DNA of 64,000 nt from an uncultured delta proteobacterium. Its GTDB lineage: Bacteria > Myxococcota > Myxococcia > Myxococcales > Myxococcaceae. The first letter of the stretch is position 1. The number at the start of each line of letters is the position of its first letter. Below, one piece after another: positions 9,412 through 19,332 of the stretch. Position numbers and translations under genes: made by a program. The stretch lies in the NCBI GenBank assembly GCA_963796055.1, contig CAWCKH010000004.1:320001-384000 (forward strand), in the 5' to 3' direction. Under the pieces are notes generated by a model. It made no database searches. It worked only from the letters and a program-made list of their open reading frames with translations, and was not told where the DNA came from.

Positions 9412-10416
9412 ATGTCCAGCGCACTCCCCACCCGGACTCTCGGCAGGACCGGTCCCACCGTCTCCGCGCTCGGCCTCGGCGCGATGGGGATGTCCGACTT
9501 CTACGGCCCGGCGGACAGGGTCGAGAGCCTGGCCACGCTGAGGGACGCGCTCGACCAGGGCATCACCCTCATCGACACCGGCGACTTCTACGGCTCGGGG
9601 CACAACGAGCTGCTGGTGGCCGAGGCGCTCCGGGCCCGCCCCCGGGACCGGGTGGTGATCTCGGTGAAGTTCGGAGCGCTGCGCGACCCGCAGGGCGGCT
9701 TCATCGGACTCGACCTGCGCCCGGCAGCGATCAAGAACTTCCTCTCCTACTCGCTGAAGCGGCTGAACACCGATCACCTCGACATCTACCGTCCGGCGCG
9801 CATGCCGGCGGGCACCAACGTCGAGGAGGTCGTGGGAACGCTGGCCGAGCTGGTCAAGGCCGGCCACATCCGCCACATCGGCCTGTCAGAGGTCGGGGCC
9901 GAGACGCTGCGCCGCGCGGCGGCCGTGCACCCCATCGCCGACCTCCAGATCGAGTATTCGCTCGTCACGCGCGACATCGAGCGGGACATCCTCCCCACCG
10001 CGCGCGCGCTCGGGATCGGCACCACTGCCTACGGCGTCCTCTCGCGCGGTCTGCTGTCCGGACACTGGAGGCAGGACCGCGCGCTATCACCCGGGGATTT
10101 CCGGAACTTCGGCCCCCGCTTCCGCGGCGACAACCTCCAGCAGAACCTCGGGCTGGTGGATGCTCTGCGGGAGGTGGCCCGGCGGAAGGGAATCACCGTC
10201 GCGCAGGCGGCCATCGCCTGGGTGCTCGCGCGTGGCCCGGACATCGTCCCCCTCATCGGGGCCCGGACGCGCGACCGGCTCGCGGAGGCGCTCGGCGCGC
10301 TCGAGGTCACCTTGACCGGCCCCGACCTCGAGGAGATCGCCCGGGCGGTCCCCGCCGAGGCGGTGGCGGGGACCCGCTACCCCGAGCATTCCCTGCCTGA
10401 CCTCGGGCGAACCTGA
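9412..10416 (+). CDS. Aldo/keto reductase
   Basis: LGLGAMGMS, IDTGDFYG, SLKRLNTDHLDIY, IGLSEV, QIEYSL; GGAG upstream. Confidence 0.93.
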   Translation: MSSALPTRTLGRTGPTVSALGLGAMGMSDFYGPADRVESLATLRDALDQGITLIDTGDFYGSGHNELLVAEALRARPRDRVVISVKFGALRDPQGGFIGLDLRPAAIKNFLSYSLKRLNTDHLDIYRPARMPAGTNVEEVVGTLAELVKAGHIRHIGLSEVGAETLRRAAAVHPIADLQIEYSLVTRDIERDILPTARALGIGTTAYGVLSRGLLSGHWRQDRALSPGDFRNFGPRFRGDNLQQNLGLVDALREVARRKGITVAQAAIAWVLARGPDIVPLIGARTRDRLAEALGALEVTLTGPDLEEIARAVPAEAVAGTRYPEHSLPDLGRT

Positions 10417-10418
10417 CC

Positions 10419-10838
10419 TCACCCCTTCTGGACGTGGGCGGGATCCATCCAGAACACCTCCCAGTGGTGCCCGTCAGGGTCGAGGAAGCTCCAGCCGTAC
10501 ATGAAGCCCAGGTCCATCGGATCGGAAGCGTGCTTCCCGCCGGTGGTCACCGCCTTCTTCACCAGCTGGTCCACCTCGGCGCGGCTGTCCGCCCCGATGG
10601 CGAACAGCCCCTCGTTGTGGGTCCGGGTATCGCAGATCTGCTTCTTGCTGAACTCGCGGAACTTCGGCTCGGTGAGGAGCATGAAGTAGCCATCGTCGCT
10701 CAGCACCATGCAGGCGGCGGTGTCGTCGGTGAACTGCGGATTGAAGCCGAAGCCCAGGCCCTCGAAGAAGGCCATCGAGCGCTTGAGGTCCTTGACCGGA
10801 ATGTTGACGAAGATCTTGCGGGGGTTCTTGACGGGCAT
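10419..10838 (-). CDS. VOC/glyoxalase family protein
   Basis: IFVNIPVKDLKRSMAFF, FNPQFTDD, FLDPDGHHWEV. Confidence 0.92.
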   Translation of the reverse strand: MPVKNPRKIFVNIPVKDLKRSMAFFEGLGFGFNPQFTDDTAACMVLSDDGYFMLLTEPKFREFSKKQICDTRTHNEGLFAIGADSRAEVDQLVKKAVTTGGKHASDPMDLGFMYGWSFLDPDGHHWEVFWMDPAHVQKG

Positions 10839-10937
10839 GGCGGGTCTCCGAGCGGCGAGTCTGCCGGTTGAGACGGCATGAGCGCCGAGAAGTCATCGGC
10901 CCGCCAGGACCAGATCTCGAAGACCACGGTGGACCAG

Positions 10938-11897
10938 CTACGCCGGCAGGCTGAGCGGCAGCCTGAAGCGCGGAAAGAGCCGCTCGGTATCGAGGAAGGT
11001 GTTGATGCCGGTCACCCGGCCGCCGCCGATCTCCAGCACCACCAGCCCCCAGGCGTGGAAGCCCTTCCCCGGACCGCTGGATCGGAACTGACCGAACGAC
11101 GGGGCCCCGTTCGCCGCCGCCGGCAGCATCCGCGAGCCGCGGCAGCCGATGCCCCGGCCCAGCATCCAGTCCCGGACCGACTGCGGGCCCCGGAGCCAGA
11201 GCGCGTACGGCGGCATGGACATCACCACGTCCTGATGGAGGAGCCGGGTGAGCGCGTCCATGTCGTAACGCTCGAACGCCTCGACGTAGCGGTGCACCAG
11301 CTCCGGGTCGGCCTCGGCGGCCACCGCGTCGGCCTGGAGCTGGCGGGCGTCGAGCGTGGCCCGGGCGCGCTGGATGGCGCTGTTCACCGCGGGCACAGAC
11401 ATGTCGAGCGTCGCCGCGACCTCGGCGGCGGAGCAGCCGAGCACCTCCATCAGCAGCAGCGCCGCCCGCTGCCGAGGCGGAAGGTGCTGGAGCGCGGCCA
11501 TGAAGGCCAGCCGGATGCTCTGACGCAGGATTGCCCGCTCTGCCGGGTCAGCGTCGTCGGGCAGCACCTGTGACTCGGGCACGGGCTCGATGAACTCCGC
11601 GGCAGGCCGGGTGCACAGCTCGTCGCTGACCGCGCCCACCGGACCGAGCTCCATCGGTCGCACCCGGCGTGCGCGGTCGGCCAGGGCGTCCAGGCACACC
11701 CGGGTGGCGATGCTGTACAGCCAGGTCTTCAGGGACGAGCGCTGTTCGAACCGGTCCAGGCTCCGCCAGGCGCGGACGAACGTTTCCTGCACCGCATCGT
11801 CCGCCTCCTCCGGCGAGCCGAGCATCCGGTAGCAGTGGCCGGTGAGCGCGGCGCGGTGCCGCTCGAGCTGGGTGCTGTCGATGGTGGTCTCCGCCAT
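10938..11897 (-). CDS. ECF sigma-70 factor with C-terminal SnoaL-like domain (SigG-like)
   Basis: [72 protein letters not shown]. Confidence 0.9.
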   Translation of the reverse strand: MAETTIDSTQLERHRAALTGHCYRMLGSPEEADDAVQETFVRAWRSLDRFEQRSSLKTWLYSIATRVCLDALADRARRVRPMELGPVGAVSDELCTRPAAEFIEPVPESQVLPDDADPAERAILRQSIRLAFMAALQHLPPRQRAALLLMEVLGCSAAEVAATLDMSVPAVNSAIQRARATLDARQLQADAVAAEADPELVHRYVEAFERYDMDALTRLLHQDVVMSMPPYALWLRGPQSVRDWMLGRGIGCRGSRMLPAAANGAPSFGQFRSSGPGKGFHAWGLVVLEIGGGRVTGINTFLDTERLFPRFRLPLSLPA

Positions 11898-12635
11898 GAG
11901 GCCGGGGAGTGTAGCGGCGAGACCGGGGCCCCCGCTCCGGTCAACCGCGGTCCGTGCCGGGAAGGTCAGCCAGCAAGCAGCAGCCGGCGCAGGGAGATTC
12001 TGGAGGGCCACCCCGAGCAGGAAGGCGAGCGGGGACCTCGGGCGGTACTGGGAGAACTTCCTTCGGCGCGCCTTCACCCGGTGTCGTCGCGGCGCCTCCG
12101 CGAACAGCTCCACCATCCCCTGTTCGAAGGACACCAGATCCAGCGGTGAGCGGCTGGAGACCCAGTTCCCGTCACGCACCAGCGGCTCGTCGACCCAGAT
12201 TCCGCCTGCGTTGCGGATGTCGTCCTGGATGCCGGGCCACGCGGCGAGCTTCCGGTCGTGGACCAGGCCCGCCGATACCAGCACCCACGGGCCGTGACAG
12301 AGGGTGGCGATCGGCTTGCCCGCCACGTCGAAGGCGGTGGCCAACATCCGCGCCTTCTCGCTCTGGCGCAGGAAGTCCGGATTGACGAAACCCCCGGGGA
12401 TGAGGAGGGCGTCGTAGTCCGCCGCGCTCACCCGATCGACGGTGCGGTTCACCCGGAGCTTCACCCCGGGACACATGAGATTCATCCCCCGGATCCAGCC
12501 GCGGTGGAGCGAGACGATGTCCACCGCCGCGCCGTGACGGAGGAGTTCCTTGAGGGGACGGGTGAGCTCCACCTGCTCGAAGCCGTCCGCCGCCAGCGCC
12601 GCCACCTTCAGACCGTCGAGTCGTCCGCGTTCCAT
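11898..12635 (-). CDS. PfpI/DJ-1 family protein (type 1 glutamine amidotransferase-like); no stop codon before the in-frame ECF sigma gene
   Basis: [49 protein letters not shown]; the end coordinate is the boundary with the sigma start. Confidence 0.85.
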
Positions 12636-12718
12636 GCACTCCGGGGTGTGCACGCCCGGCGACCGCGGCAAGGGCGCCCCGTGGGAAACCCTGGCACGGG
12701 CCAGCGCCCCCCGCTGAT

Positions 12719-14212
12719 TCACCCCGCCTCCAGCGCGCGCTGCAACGTCTCCACCCCGGCGCGGATCGCCGCGGGCCGGACGGCGCCGAATCCGAAGACC
12801 AGCCCCCCCTGGCGCTGCCGCATCACCCCGTAGTCCGACAGCGGCGCCACCTCCACGCCCAGCCGCGCCGCGCGGTCACCGGCGGCCACGTCAGAGACGC
12901 CCGGGGGGAGCATCGCGCAGAGCTGCATCCCGGTGTCGCAGAGCTTCGGCTCGAGCACGCCGGAACAGCGGGAGGCGAGCGACTCGAGCAGCGCCTCGGC
13001 CCGCTCGCGGTACACGCCCCGCATCCGCCGGAGGTGCCGCGCGAAGTGTCCCTGGTCCATGAAGGCGGCCAGCGCGGCCTGCTCGAGCGCCGAGGCCGGC
13101 GCGGGGAGCGAGGCCCGCGCGGCGTCGTACACCTCCACCATCGCCGGGGGCACCACCACGTACCCCAGCCGCAGCCCGGGGAACATCGTCTTGCTGAAGG
13201 TTCCGACGTAGAGGACGCGGCCGGCGTCGTCGAGGCCCTGGAGCGCGGTGAGCGGACGGCCGCGGTGGCGGAACTCGCTGTCGTAGTCGTCCTCCAGGAT
13301 CATCGCCCGCCCCGCCGCCGCCCACCGGAGCAGCGCCATCCGCCGCGACAGCGAGAGGGTGGCCCCCAGCGGGTACTGGTGCGAGGGCGCGAGGATCGCC
13401 AGCCGGGCCCCGGGGGCACGGCGGATCCCCGCTTCGACGTCGAGCCCCTCGTCGTCCACCGGCACCGGCACCGGACGGGCGGCGGCGCCGAGCACCGCCC
13501 GGCGGGCGCCGAGGTAGCCCGGATCCTCCAGCCACACCGGATCGCCCGGATCGACCACCAGCCGGAGCACCTCCTCGAAGGCCTGCTGGGTGCCGGCGGT
13601 GACGAAGACCTGCTCGGGGCTGCAGCGGGCACCACGCGCGGCGACGACGTGCTCGGCGATCGCACGGCGAAGCCCGGGGTGTCCGGCCGGATCTCCTCCC
13701 TCCAGCAGCCGCGCGCTCGCCAGCGATTGCGCCCGGCCGACCAGACGCGACCAGAGCGCGGTGGGAAAGAGATCGAGCGCGGGGAGACCGGGCCGGAACG
13801 CGCGCGGCGCCGGACCCAGACGGGGCGCGCCGGTCCCGAGCGCGGCCAGGGCCTGCGCTGCCCGCGAGAGCCTCGGTGGCGGCCCGGGCCGGAGGGGGCG
13901 GAGCGGCGGCGGGGTGAGCCCCTCCTCGGGGAGCTCCGGGGCCACCCGGACGCCCGAGCGGGGCGCGGCGACCAGATACCCCTCGGCCTGCAGAGCCTCG
14001 AGCGCCTGCAGCACCGTCGTCCGGGCCACGCCGAGCTCGGCGGCCAGGGTGCGCGAGGAAGGCAGCCTCGCCCCGGGTCTCACCGCACCGGAGAGGATGC
14101 GGGCGCGCAGCGCCTGGTCGATCTGCGCGTGGAGCGGCGCCGACGTCTTGCGGTCCACCCTCAGCAGCAGGCTGGCGAGGGTGCGATTCTGGTCTGGGTC
14201 AATCGTCCTCAT
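12719..14212 (-). CDS. MocR/GabR-type GntR regulator (HTH plus PLP aminotransferase-like domain)
   Basis: [54 protein letters not shown]. Confidence 0.93.
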   Translation of the reverse strand: MRTIDPDQNRTLASLLLRVDRKTSAPLHAQIDQALRARILSGAVRPGARLPSSRTLAAELGVARTTVLQALEALQAEGYLVAAPRSGVRVAPELPEEGLTPPPLRPLRPGPPPRLSRAAQALAALGTGAPRLGPAPRAFRPGLPALDLFPTALWSRLVGRAQSLASARLLEGGDPAGHPGLRRAIAEHVVAARGARCSPEQVFVTAGTQQAFEEVLRLVVDPGDPVWLEDPGYLGARRAVLGAAARPVPVPVDDEGLDVEAGIRRAPGARLAILAPSHQYPLGATLSLSRRMALLRWAAAGRAMILEDDYDSEFRHRGRPLTALQGLDDAGRVLYVGTFSKTMFPGLRLGYVVVPPAMVEVYDAARASLPAPASALEQAALAAFMDQGHFARHLRRMRGVYRERAEALLESLASRCSGVLEPKLCDTGMQLCAMLPPGVSDVAAGDRAARLGVEVAPLSDYGVMRQRQGGLVFGFGAVRPAAIRAGVETLQRALEAG

Positions 14213-14237
14213 CTGGCCTGGTACAAGATACCAGGCC
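14189..14237. promoter_or_regulatory. Probable MocR-type operator (two direct repeats plus one inverted repeat)
   Basis: CTGGTCTGG (14189-14197) and CTGGCCTGG (14213-14221) direct repeats; perfect GGCCTGGTA-N5-TACCAGGCC inverted repeat (14215-14237). Confidence 0.55.
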
Positions 14238-14255
14238 TCCCGCACCTTGCCGGGT

Positions 14256-14969
14256 ATGGTGCCCTGTTCGGTCGTCGAGCTTCGCCAGTACACGCTTCAC
14301 CCCGGGCGCAGGGACGAGCTGGTCTCGCTGTTCGAGCAGACGTTCATCGAGCCCCAGGAGGCGGCCGGCATCCGCGTCCTCGGTCAGTTCGAGGACGTCG
14401 ACTGCCCCGAGCGATTCGTCTGGTTCCGCGGCTTCTGGGACATGGCCAGCCGGCGCACGTCGCTCGCCGCGTTCTACGAGGGCGCGGTGTGGCGGGAGCA
14501 CCGGGACGCGGCGAATGCGACCATGGTCGACTCGGACGACGTGCTGCTGCTCCGCCCGGTGTGTCCCGCCAGCAAGTTCCCCGGACACCGTCGGGGCGCG
14601 GCAGAGGACCGGGAGGCCAGCCGTCTCCTGGTCCGCATCTTCCACCGCGCAGCGGGCGCCACCGACCTCCTCGGCTTCTGCGAGGACCACGTCCAGCCGG
14701 CGTTCGAGGGCACCGGCGCTCCGGTCGTGGCCTGGCTGGAGAGCGAGCACGCAGCGAACGACTTTCCGCGCCTGCCGGTCCGTGAGGGAGCGGACGTGGT
14801 GGTGTGCATCTCGGTGCTCCCCGACGAGGGCGCGCTCCGCAGACACCTGGCGCTGCTCGCCGCGGACCTCGCCTGGGCCGAGGCGGTGGTCCCCGGACTC
14901 CGCCGCCGCATCGTGGGAGATCCGGAGCAGCTGGTGCTGCGACCCACGCCGCGCTCCGCGCTGTGGTGA
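14256..14969 (+). CDS. NIPSNAP family protein
   Basis: VVELRQYTLHPGRRDEL, FVWFRGF, ANATMVDSDDVLLLRP, LRPTPRSAL. Confidence 0.88.
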   Translation: MVPCSVVELRQYTLHPGRRDELVSLFEQTFIEPQEAAGIRVLGQFEDVDCPERFVWFRGFWDMASRRTSLAAFYEGAVWREHRDAANATMVDSDDVLLLRPVCPASKFPGHRRGAAEDREASRLLVRIFHRAAGATDLLGFCEDHVQPAFEGTGAPVVAWLESEHAANDFPRLPVREGADVVVCISVLPDEGALRRHLALLAADLAWAEAVVPGLRRRIVGDPEQLVLRPTPRSALW

Positions 14970-15017
14970 GGACCTGGGCGGACCCGCGCTGAACGGTGGG
15001 TGTGCGATGTTGGCGGG

Positions 15018-16616
15018 GTGGAGTCTCCCGACGCCCATCTGGCCGAGGTTCTCGGCTCGCTCGTGCGGCCGGAGGCCTATCCCCACCCGGTCGAGGGCGT
15101 GACCGTCGTCCAGACGCACGTCTCGGTGGTGTTCCTCGCCGGGCCGTACGCGTACAAGGTGAAGAAGCCGGTGCACTTCGACTTCCTCGACGCGCACCTG
15201 CTCGAGCGCCGGGCCGAGATGTGTCGTCAAGAGTTGGCGCTGAACCGGCGGCTCAGCCCCGACCTGTACCTGGGGGTGGTGCCCATCACCCGTGGGCCGC
15301 AGGGCCTGGTGGTCGGCGGCACGGGCGAGCCGGTGGAGTACGCGGTGCAGATGCGCCGGCTCCCGGAGGACCGGATGATGGACCGGCTGCTGGAGAGCCG
15401 GGCGCTGACCCGGAAGATGGTGGAGCAGGTGGCGGAGGTCCTCGCCCCGTTTCATGCCGCCGCCGACGCAGGGCCGGGCGTCGCCGTCCACGGAACGCCG
15501 GCGGCGGTGCAGGCGCTCTGGAACGAGCACTTCGCGCAGGTGGCGCCGTTCCTCGGCAAGACCGTCACTCCTTTCCAGGACGGTTACCTGCGGGCGGTCG
15601 TCGGCGCCTGGTCGGTACGCAAGCGGCGGCTGCTGGAGGAGCGGGTGGCTGCGGGACGCATTCGCGATGGGCACGGGGACCTCCGCACGTCGTCGGTGTG
15701 CTTCACCGAGCCCCTGGCCATCTTCGACTGTCTGGACTTCAGCGCCCGGCTCCGCTGCTCGGACGTCGCCTCCGACGTCGCGTTCCTGGCGATGGACCTG
15801 CGGCTCCGGACGCGACCGGACCTGGCCGAGGCCTTCGTGCAGCGCTACGTCACGTGCGCGGGTGACACGACCTTGCCGCAGCTGGTGCCCTTCTACAGCT
15901 GCTACCGGGCCTGCGTGCGGGGGAAGGTCGAGAGCCTGCGGGCGGAGGAGCCGGAGATCTCCCCTGCCGACCGCGAGGAGGCCGCGCGCATGGCCCGGCG
16001 CGCCTTCGGCGTGGCGTGCGACGCGGCGAGCGAGGACCTCCCTCCCCTGCTCCTGACGATGTCCGGCCTGTCGGGGAGCGGGAAATCCGCGCTGGCCCGG
16101 GAGCTGGGGAGCCGGCGCGGATGGGAGGTCCTCTCCTCGGACGTGGTCCGGAAGTCGCTGCACGGGCTCGCCCCGGAGGAACGGGCGACCGCGGCGCTCG
16201 ACCGCGGCCTGTACACACCGGAGGCGACACGGTCGACCTACGCCCGGCTCGCGGCCAATGCGGGCGCGGCGCTCGACCAGGGAAGGTGCGTCATCGTGGA
16301 CGCGACCGCGCAGGCGGCATGGGAGCGGACGGTCCTGGCCGACGCGGCGCGCGCCCACGGAGCGCTGCTCCTGCTCGCCGAGGTGCGCGCGTCGGAGGAG
16401 GTCATCCGCGCCCGGCTCGAGGCACGGGCCCGCGAGCCAGGGGTGGTCTCCGACGCGGGCTGGGAGGTGTACGTGGCGCAGAAGGCCCGGTGGGAGCCGG
16501 TGACACTCGGCGCATGGGCCCATCTGGTGGTCGACGGAGATCGGCCGCTCGCCGAGGCGGTCATGCAGCTCGAGCGCGAGCTGCACGACCGGCTCCGCCC
16601 TCCCCGCGTGCTCTGA
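15018..16616 (+). CDS. Bifunctional aminoglycoside-phosphotransferase-like / AAA_33 kinase protein
   Basis: QTHVSVVFL..AYKVKKPV, IRDGHGDL, IFDCLDF; C-terminal P-loop GLSGSGKS, SSDVVRK. Confidence 0.9.
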   Translation: MESPDAHLAEVLGSLVRPEAYPHPVEGVTVVQTHVSVVFLAGPYAYKVKKPVHFDFLDAHLLERRAEMCRQELALNRRLSPDLYLGVVPITRGPQGLVVGGTGEPVEYAVQMRRLPEDRMMDRLLESRALTRKMVEQVAEVLAPFHAAADAGPGVAVHGTPAAVQALWNEHFAQVAPFLGKTVTPFQDGYLRAVVGAWSVRKRRLLEERVAAGRIRDGHGDLRTSSVCFTEPLAIFDCLDFSARLRCSDVASDVAFLAMDLRLRTRPDLAEAFVQRYVTCAGDTTLPQLVPFYSCYRACVRGKVESLRAEEPEISPADREEAARMARRAFGVACDAASEDLPPLLLTMSGLSGSGKSALARELGSRRGWEVLSSDVVRKSLHGLAPEERATAALDRGLYTPEATRSTYARLAANAGAALDQGRCVIVDATAQAAWERTVLADAARAHGALLLLAEVRASEEVIRARLEARAREPGVVSDAGWEVYVAQKARWEPVTLGAWAHLVVDGDRPLAEAVMQLERELHDRLRPPRVL

Positions 16617-16622
16617 CGGCGC

Positions 16623-17558
16623 TCAGCCCTCGGGCAGGGGGATGAACTCCTTCTCGTCCCCGGGCACCTTCCCGAACCGGCCGTCCCTCCAGTCGGCCTT
16701 GGCGCGCTCGATGCGCTCCCTGGAGCTGGAGACGAAGTTCCACCAGATGTGCCGCTCGCCATCGAGCGGCGCGCCGCCGAGCAGCATCACCCGGGCGGGT
16801 CCGTCGGCCTGGAGCTCCACCTCTTCGCCGGAGCGGAGGATCGCCATGACACCGGGGCCGAGGCGCTGGCTGCCGATCTGCACGAAGCCCTCCGCCACGT
16901 GCACCGCGCGCTGCGGATGCGTCCCGTCCACTCGAAGGTGCGCACCGGGCTCGAGCCGCGCGTCGACGTAGAGCGTGGGAGAGAGCACGCCCACCGGGGA
17001 CCGGGCGCCGTAGGCCGTCCCGGCGATGACCGTGAGCTCGGCGCCGTCGCGCTTCACCCTGGGCAGCGTCCGGGCGGGGTGGTGGGCGAAGGCCGGTGGG
17101 TCCTCCTCGTGTGCGGTGGGCAGCGCGACCCAGCTCTGGATGCCGTGGAGGCGCACGCCACGGGCCCGCTCCTCCGGGCTGCTCCGCTCGGAGTGGGCGA
17201 TGCCGCGCCCGGCGAGCATCCAGTTCACGTCCCCCGGATGAATGGCCAGCGCGCTGCCCAGGGTGTCGCGGTGGATGAGCTCCCCCTCGAAGAGATAGGT
17301 CACCGTCGCCAGCGCGATGTGCGGGTGGGGGCGCACGTCGACTCCGGCTCCGGGCTCCATCACCGCCGGGCCCATGTGGTCGAGGAAGATGAACGGCCCG
17401 ACCATCCGGTTGCCCGCCACCGGCAGCAGGCGTCGCACCGAGAACCCGCCCAGATCGCGGGGCCGGGGCTCGATCACCAGGAGGACGGCCGGCGTCTCCG
17501 CGCGCTCGACCCCGGGGTCGAAGGTCGGCAGGACACCGGGGTGTTTCTCCGAGGGCAT
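16623..17558 (-). CDS. Pirin family protein
   Basis: GPFIFLDHMGP, DVRPHPHIALATVTYLF, GRGIAHSE, WWNFVSS. Confidence 0.93.
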   Translation of the reverse strand: MPSEKHPGVLPTFDPGVERAETPAVLLVIEPRPRDLGGFSVRRLLPVAGNRMVGPFIFLDHMGPAVMEPGAGVDVRPHPHIALATVTYLFEGELIHRDTLGSALAIHPGDVNWMLAGRGIAHSERSSPEERARGVRLHGIQSWVALPTAHEEDPPAFAHHPARTLPRVKRDGAELTVIAGTAYGARSPVGVLSPTLYVDARLEPGAHLRVDGTHPQRAVHVAEGFVQIGSQRLGPGVMAILRSGEEVELQADGPARVMLLGGAPLDGERHIWWNFVSSSRERIERAKADWRDGRFGKVPGDEKEFIPLPEG

Positions 17559-17606
17559 GGACTTCCTCCGGCCCGGAGTTATGACTCATCCCAGGAGGGT
17601 CCAGCC

Positions 17607-17849
17607 ATGGCCAACGAGCTCGATCTGAGGAACGAGTTGAAGAAGGGCGCGGATCTGCTGAGGACCTTGCGCGACGAGATCAAGGTCAAGCTCCACCTCG
17701 CCGGCATGGACGCGAAGGACCAGTGGGCGAAGCTCGAGCCCGAGCTGAACAAGGTCGAGCGCGCCGCCGAGCAGGCGACGGAGTCCTCCAAGAAGCTGAT
17801 GGACGACGCGCTGAACCGGCTGAAGACGCTGCGTGACTCGCTGCGCTGA
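17607..17849 (+). CDS. Small coiled-coil hypothetical protein
   Basis: AGGAGG RBS; LRTLRDEIKVKLHLAGMDAKDQW; strong GC3 bias. Confidence 0.75.
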   Translation: MANELDLRNELKKGADLLRTLRDEIKVKLHLAGMDAKDQWAKLEPELNKVERAAEQATESSKKLMDDALNRLKTLRDSLR

Positions 17850-17861
17850 GCGGCGGCAGGG

Positions 17862-18566
17862 GTGAGCGAGTCGCTGCTCATCGTCGGCGTCCGGAAGCTC
17901 GGACGTACGATCGCCCTGCACTTCGCCCGCCAGGGGTGGCGTGTGCTCTGTGCCTCACGGACCGCGGCGGATGTCGAGGCACTCGCCCGTGAGGTGACCG
18001 CGGCGGGAGGTCAGGGCGTGCCGGTCGTCTGCGACCTGCAGCGTCCGGAGTCGCTGGCCCGCTTCGGCGAGGACCCGGCGGATCTGGTCATCGCCGCCCA
18101 GACGATGGGGGGGCGCTTCGGTGCGCTGCCGCTCCTCGAGATTCCCGACGCCGAGCTGGCGCAGTCGCTCGCCGCGTACCCGCAGGGGACCTGGAATCTG
18201 CTCCGGGCAGTCGGTCCGGCGATGCTCGCCCGCGGCCGCGGGACATTTCTGCAAGTCGGGACCTCGTCCGGGGTGCGCACCAAGGAGGGGTTCGCCGCAC
18301 TCGGAGCCGCGCAGCACGCGCTCCGGGCGCTGGTGCAGGTGGCCGCCCGGGAGTGGCGCACGCGGGGGGTGCACGTCGCCTACCTCCCGGTGGACGGACC
18401 GATCGCCTCCCAGCGGACGCGGGCGGCGGGATTCACCGCGGAGCGGCTGATCTCCCCCGAGGCGATTGCCGAGGCCTGCGCGTTCCTCCACGGGCAGAGG
18501 CCAGACGCGTGGACCCACGAGCTGGTGCTCCGGCCGGCGGGCGGAGACTGGTCCGCGCCGACCTGA
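17862..18566 (+). CDS. SDR family oxidoreductase (atypical)
   Basis: IVGVRKLGRTIA, GVHVAYLPVDG, AWTHELVLRP. Confidence 0.8.
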   Translation: MSESLLIVGVRKLGRTIALHFARQGWRVLCASRTAADVEALAREVTAAGGQGVPVVCDLQRPESLARFGEDPADLVIAAQTMGGRFGALPLLEIPDAELAQSLAAYPQGTWNLLRAVGPAMLARGRGTFLQVGTSSGVRTKEGFAALGAAQHALRALVQVAAREWRTRGVHVAYLPVDGPIASQRTRAAGFTAERLISPEAIAEACAFLHGQRPDAWTHELVLRPAGGDWSAPT

Positions 18567-18586
18567 TCCCCGAGCGGGCTGCTCAG

Positions 18587-19237
18587 CTAATGGCTGCCCG
18601 AGCCGTTACCGGAGGCGCTGCGGTCCGCGGTCGAGTCTGGCGCGCCGCTGCCGCCCACCGCGGTGCCAGACGGAGGCTGGAAGGAGCCGAGGAACTGCTG
18701 GACCGACGCCGGCATCCGTCCCTTCGAGTACGTCCCGGCGAGGGTGTAGACGTTCGAGCCCCCGACGAAGACCCGGGCGGTGACCTCGCTGCCGTCGGGA
18801 TCGACCGCGGTGAACTCGCGACCCTGCAGTCCGCTGGCCTCGATGTCCTGGCTATTCACCAGCGTCCCGCCCATCGACTGGATGGTGGCCTGCTGGAGCG
18901 AGTCGAGCAGGTCCTTGCTCTTCACCTTGTCCAGGCTGCCGTTGGGGAACTCGCTCAGGCTGGACATGTACTTGCCCGAGGGATCCTGCACCTGCGCGAT
19001 GTGCACCTGGACCGGCCCGCCCGGCGTTTCCTGGGTGCGATCGTTCCGCTGCGGATTGGCCGGCATCAGCACCGTGTAGCCGTTGGCGCCCTGGTAGGGG
19101 ACGAGCTGCGAAGGACTCTGAGCGGCCGCCGCCGACGAGTCGCCCTCGGTCTTGGCCACGCTCGCCGGTTGAGACGTGGCACAAGCAAGCGCCGCCGCGA
19201 GGGGGATCACCAGACAGAAGTGTTTCCGGAACGTCAT
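18587..19237 (-). CDS. Putative lipoprotein
   Basis: Signal peptide with lipobox ALAC; GGAGG RBS; GYTVLMP..GLQGREF..QFLGSF. Confidence 0.75.
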   Translation of the reverse strand: MTFRKHFCLVIPLAAALACATSQPASVAKTEGDSSAAAAQSPSQLVPYQGANGYTVLMPANPQRNDRTQETPGGPVQVHIAQVQDPSGKYMSSLSEFPNGSLDKVKSKDLLDSLQQATIQSMGGTLVNSQDIEASGLQGREFTAVDPDGSEVTARVFVGGSNVYTLAGTYSKGRMPASVQQFLGSFQPPSGTAVGGSGAPDSTADRSASGNGSGSH

Positions 19238-19332
19238 AAGTCCTCCGTGGCGGCTCAGGGTGGGGACGCCTTCCGCCGCTCGCAAGGGATTGGCGCACCC
19301 TGGGCAAAACGAGCGATGGTCCGTTCGCCGGC

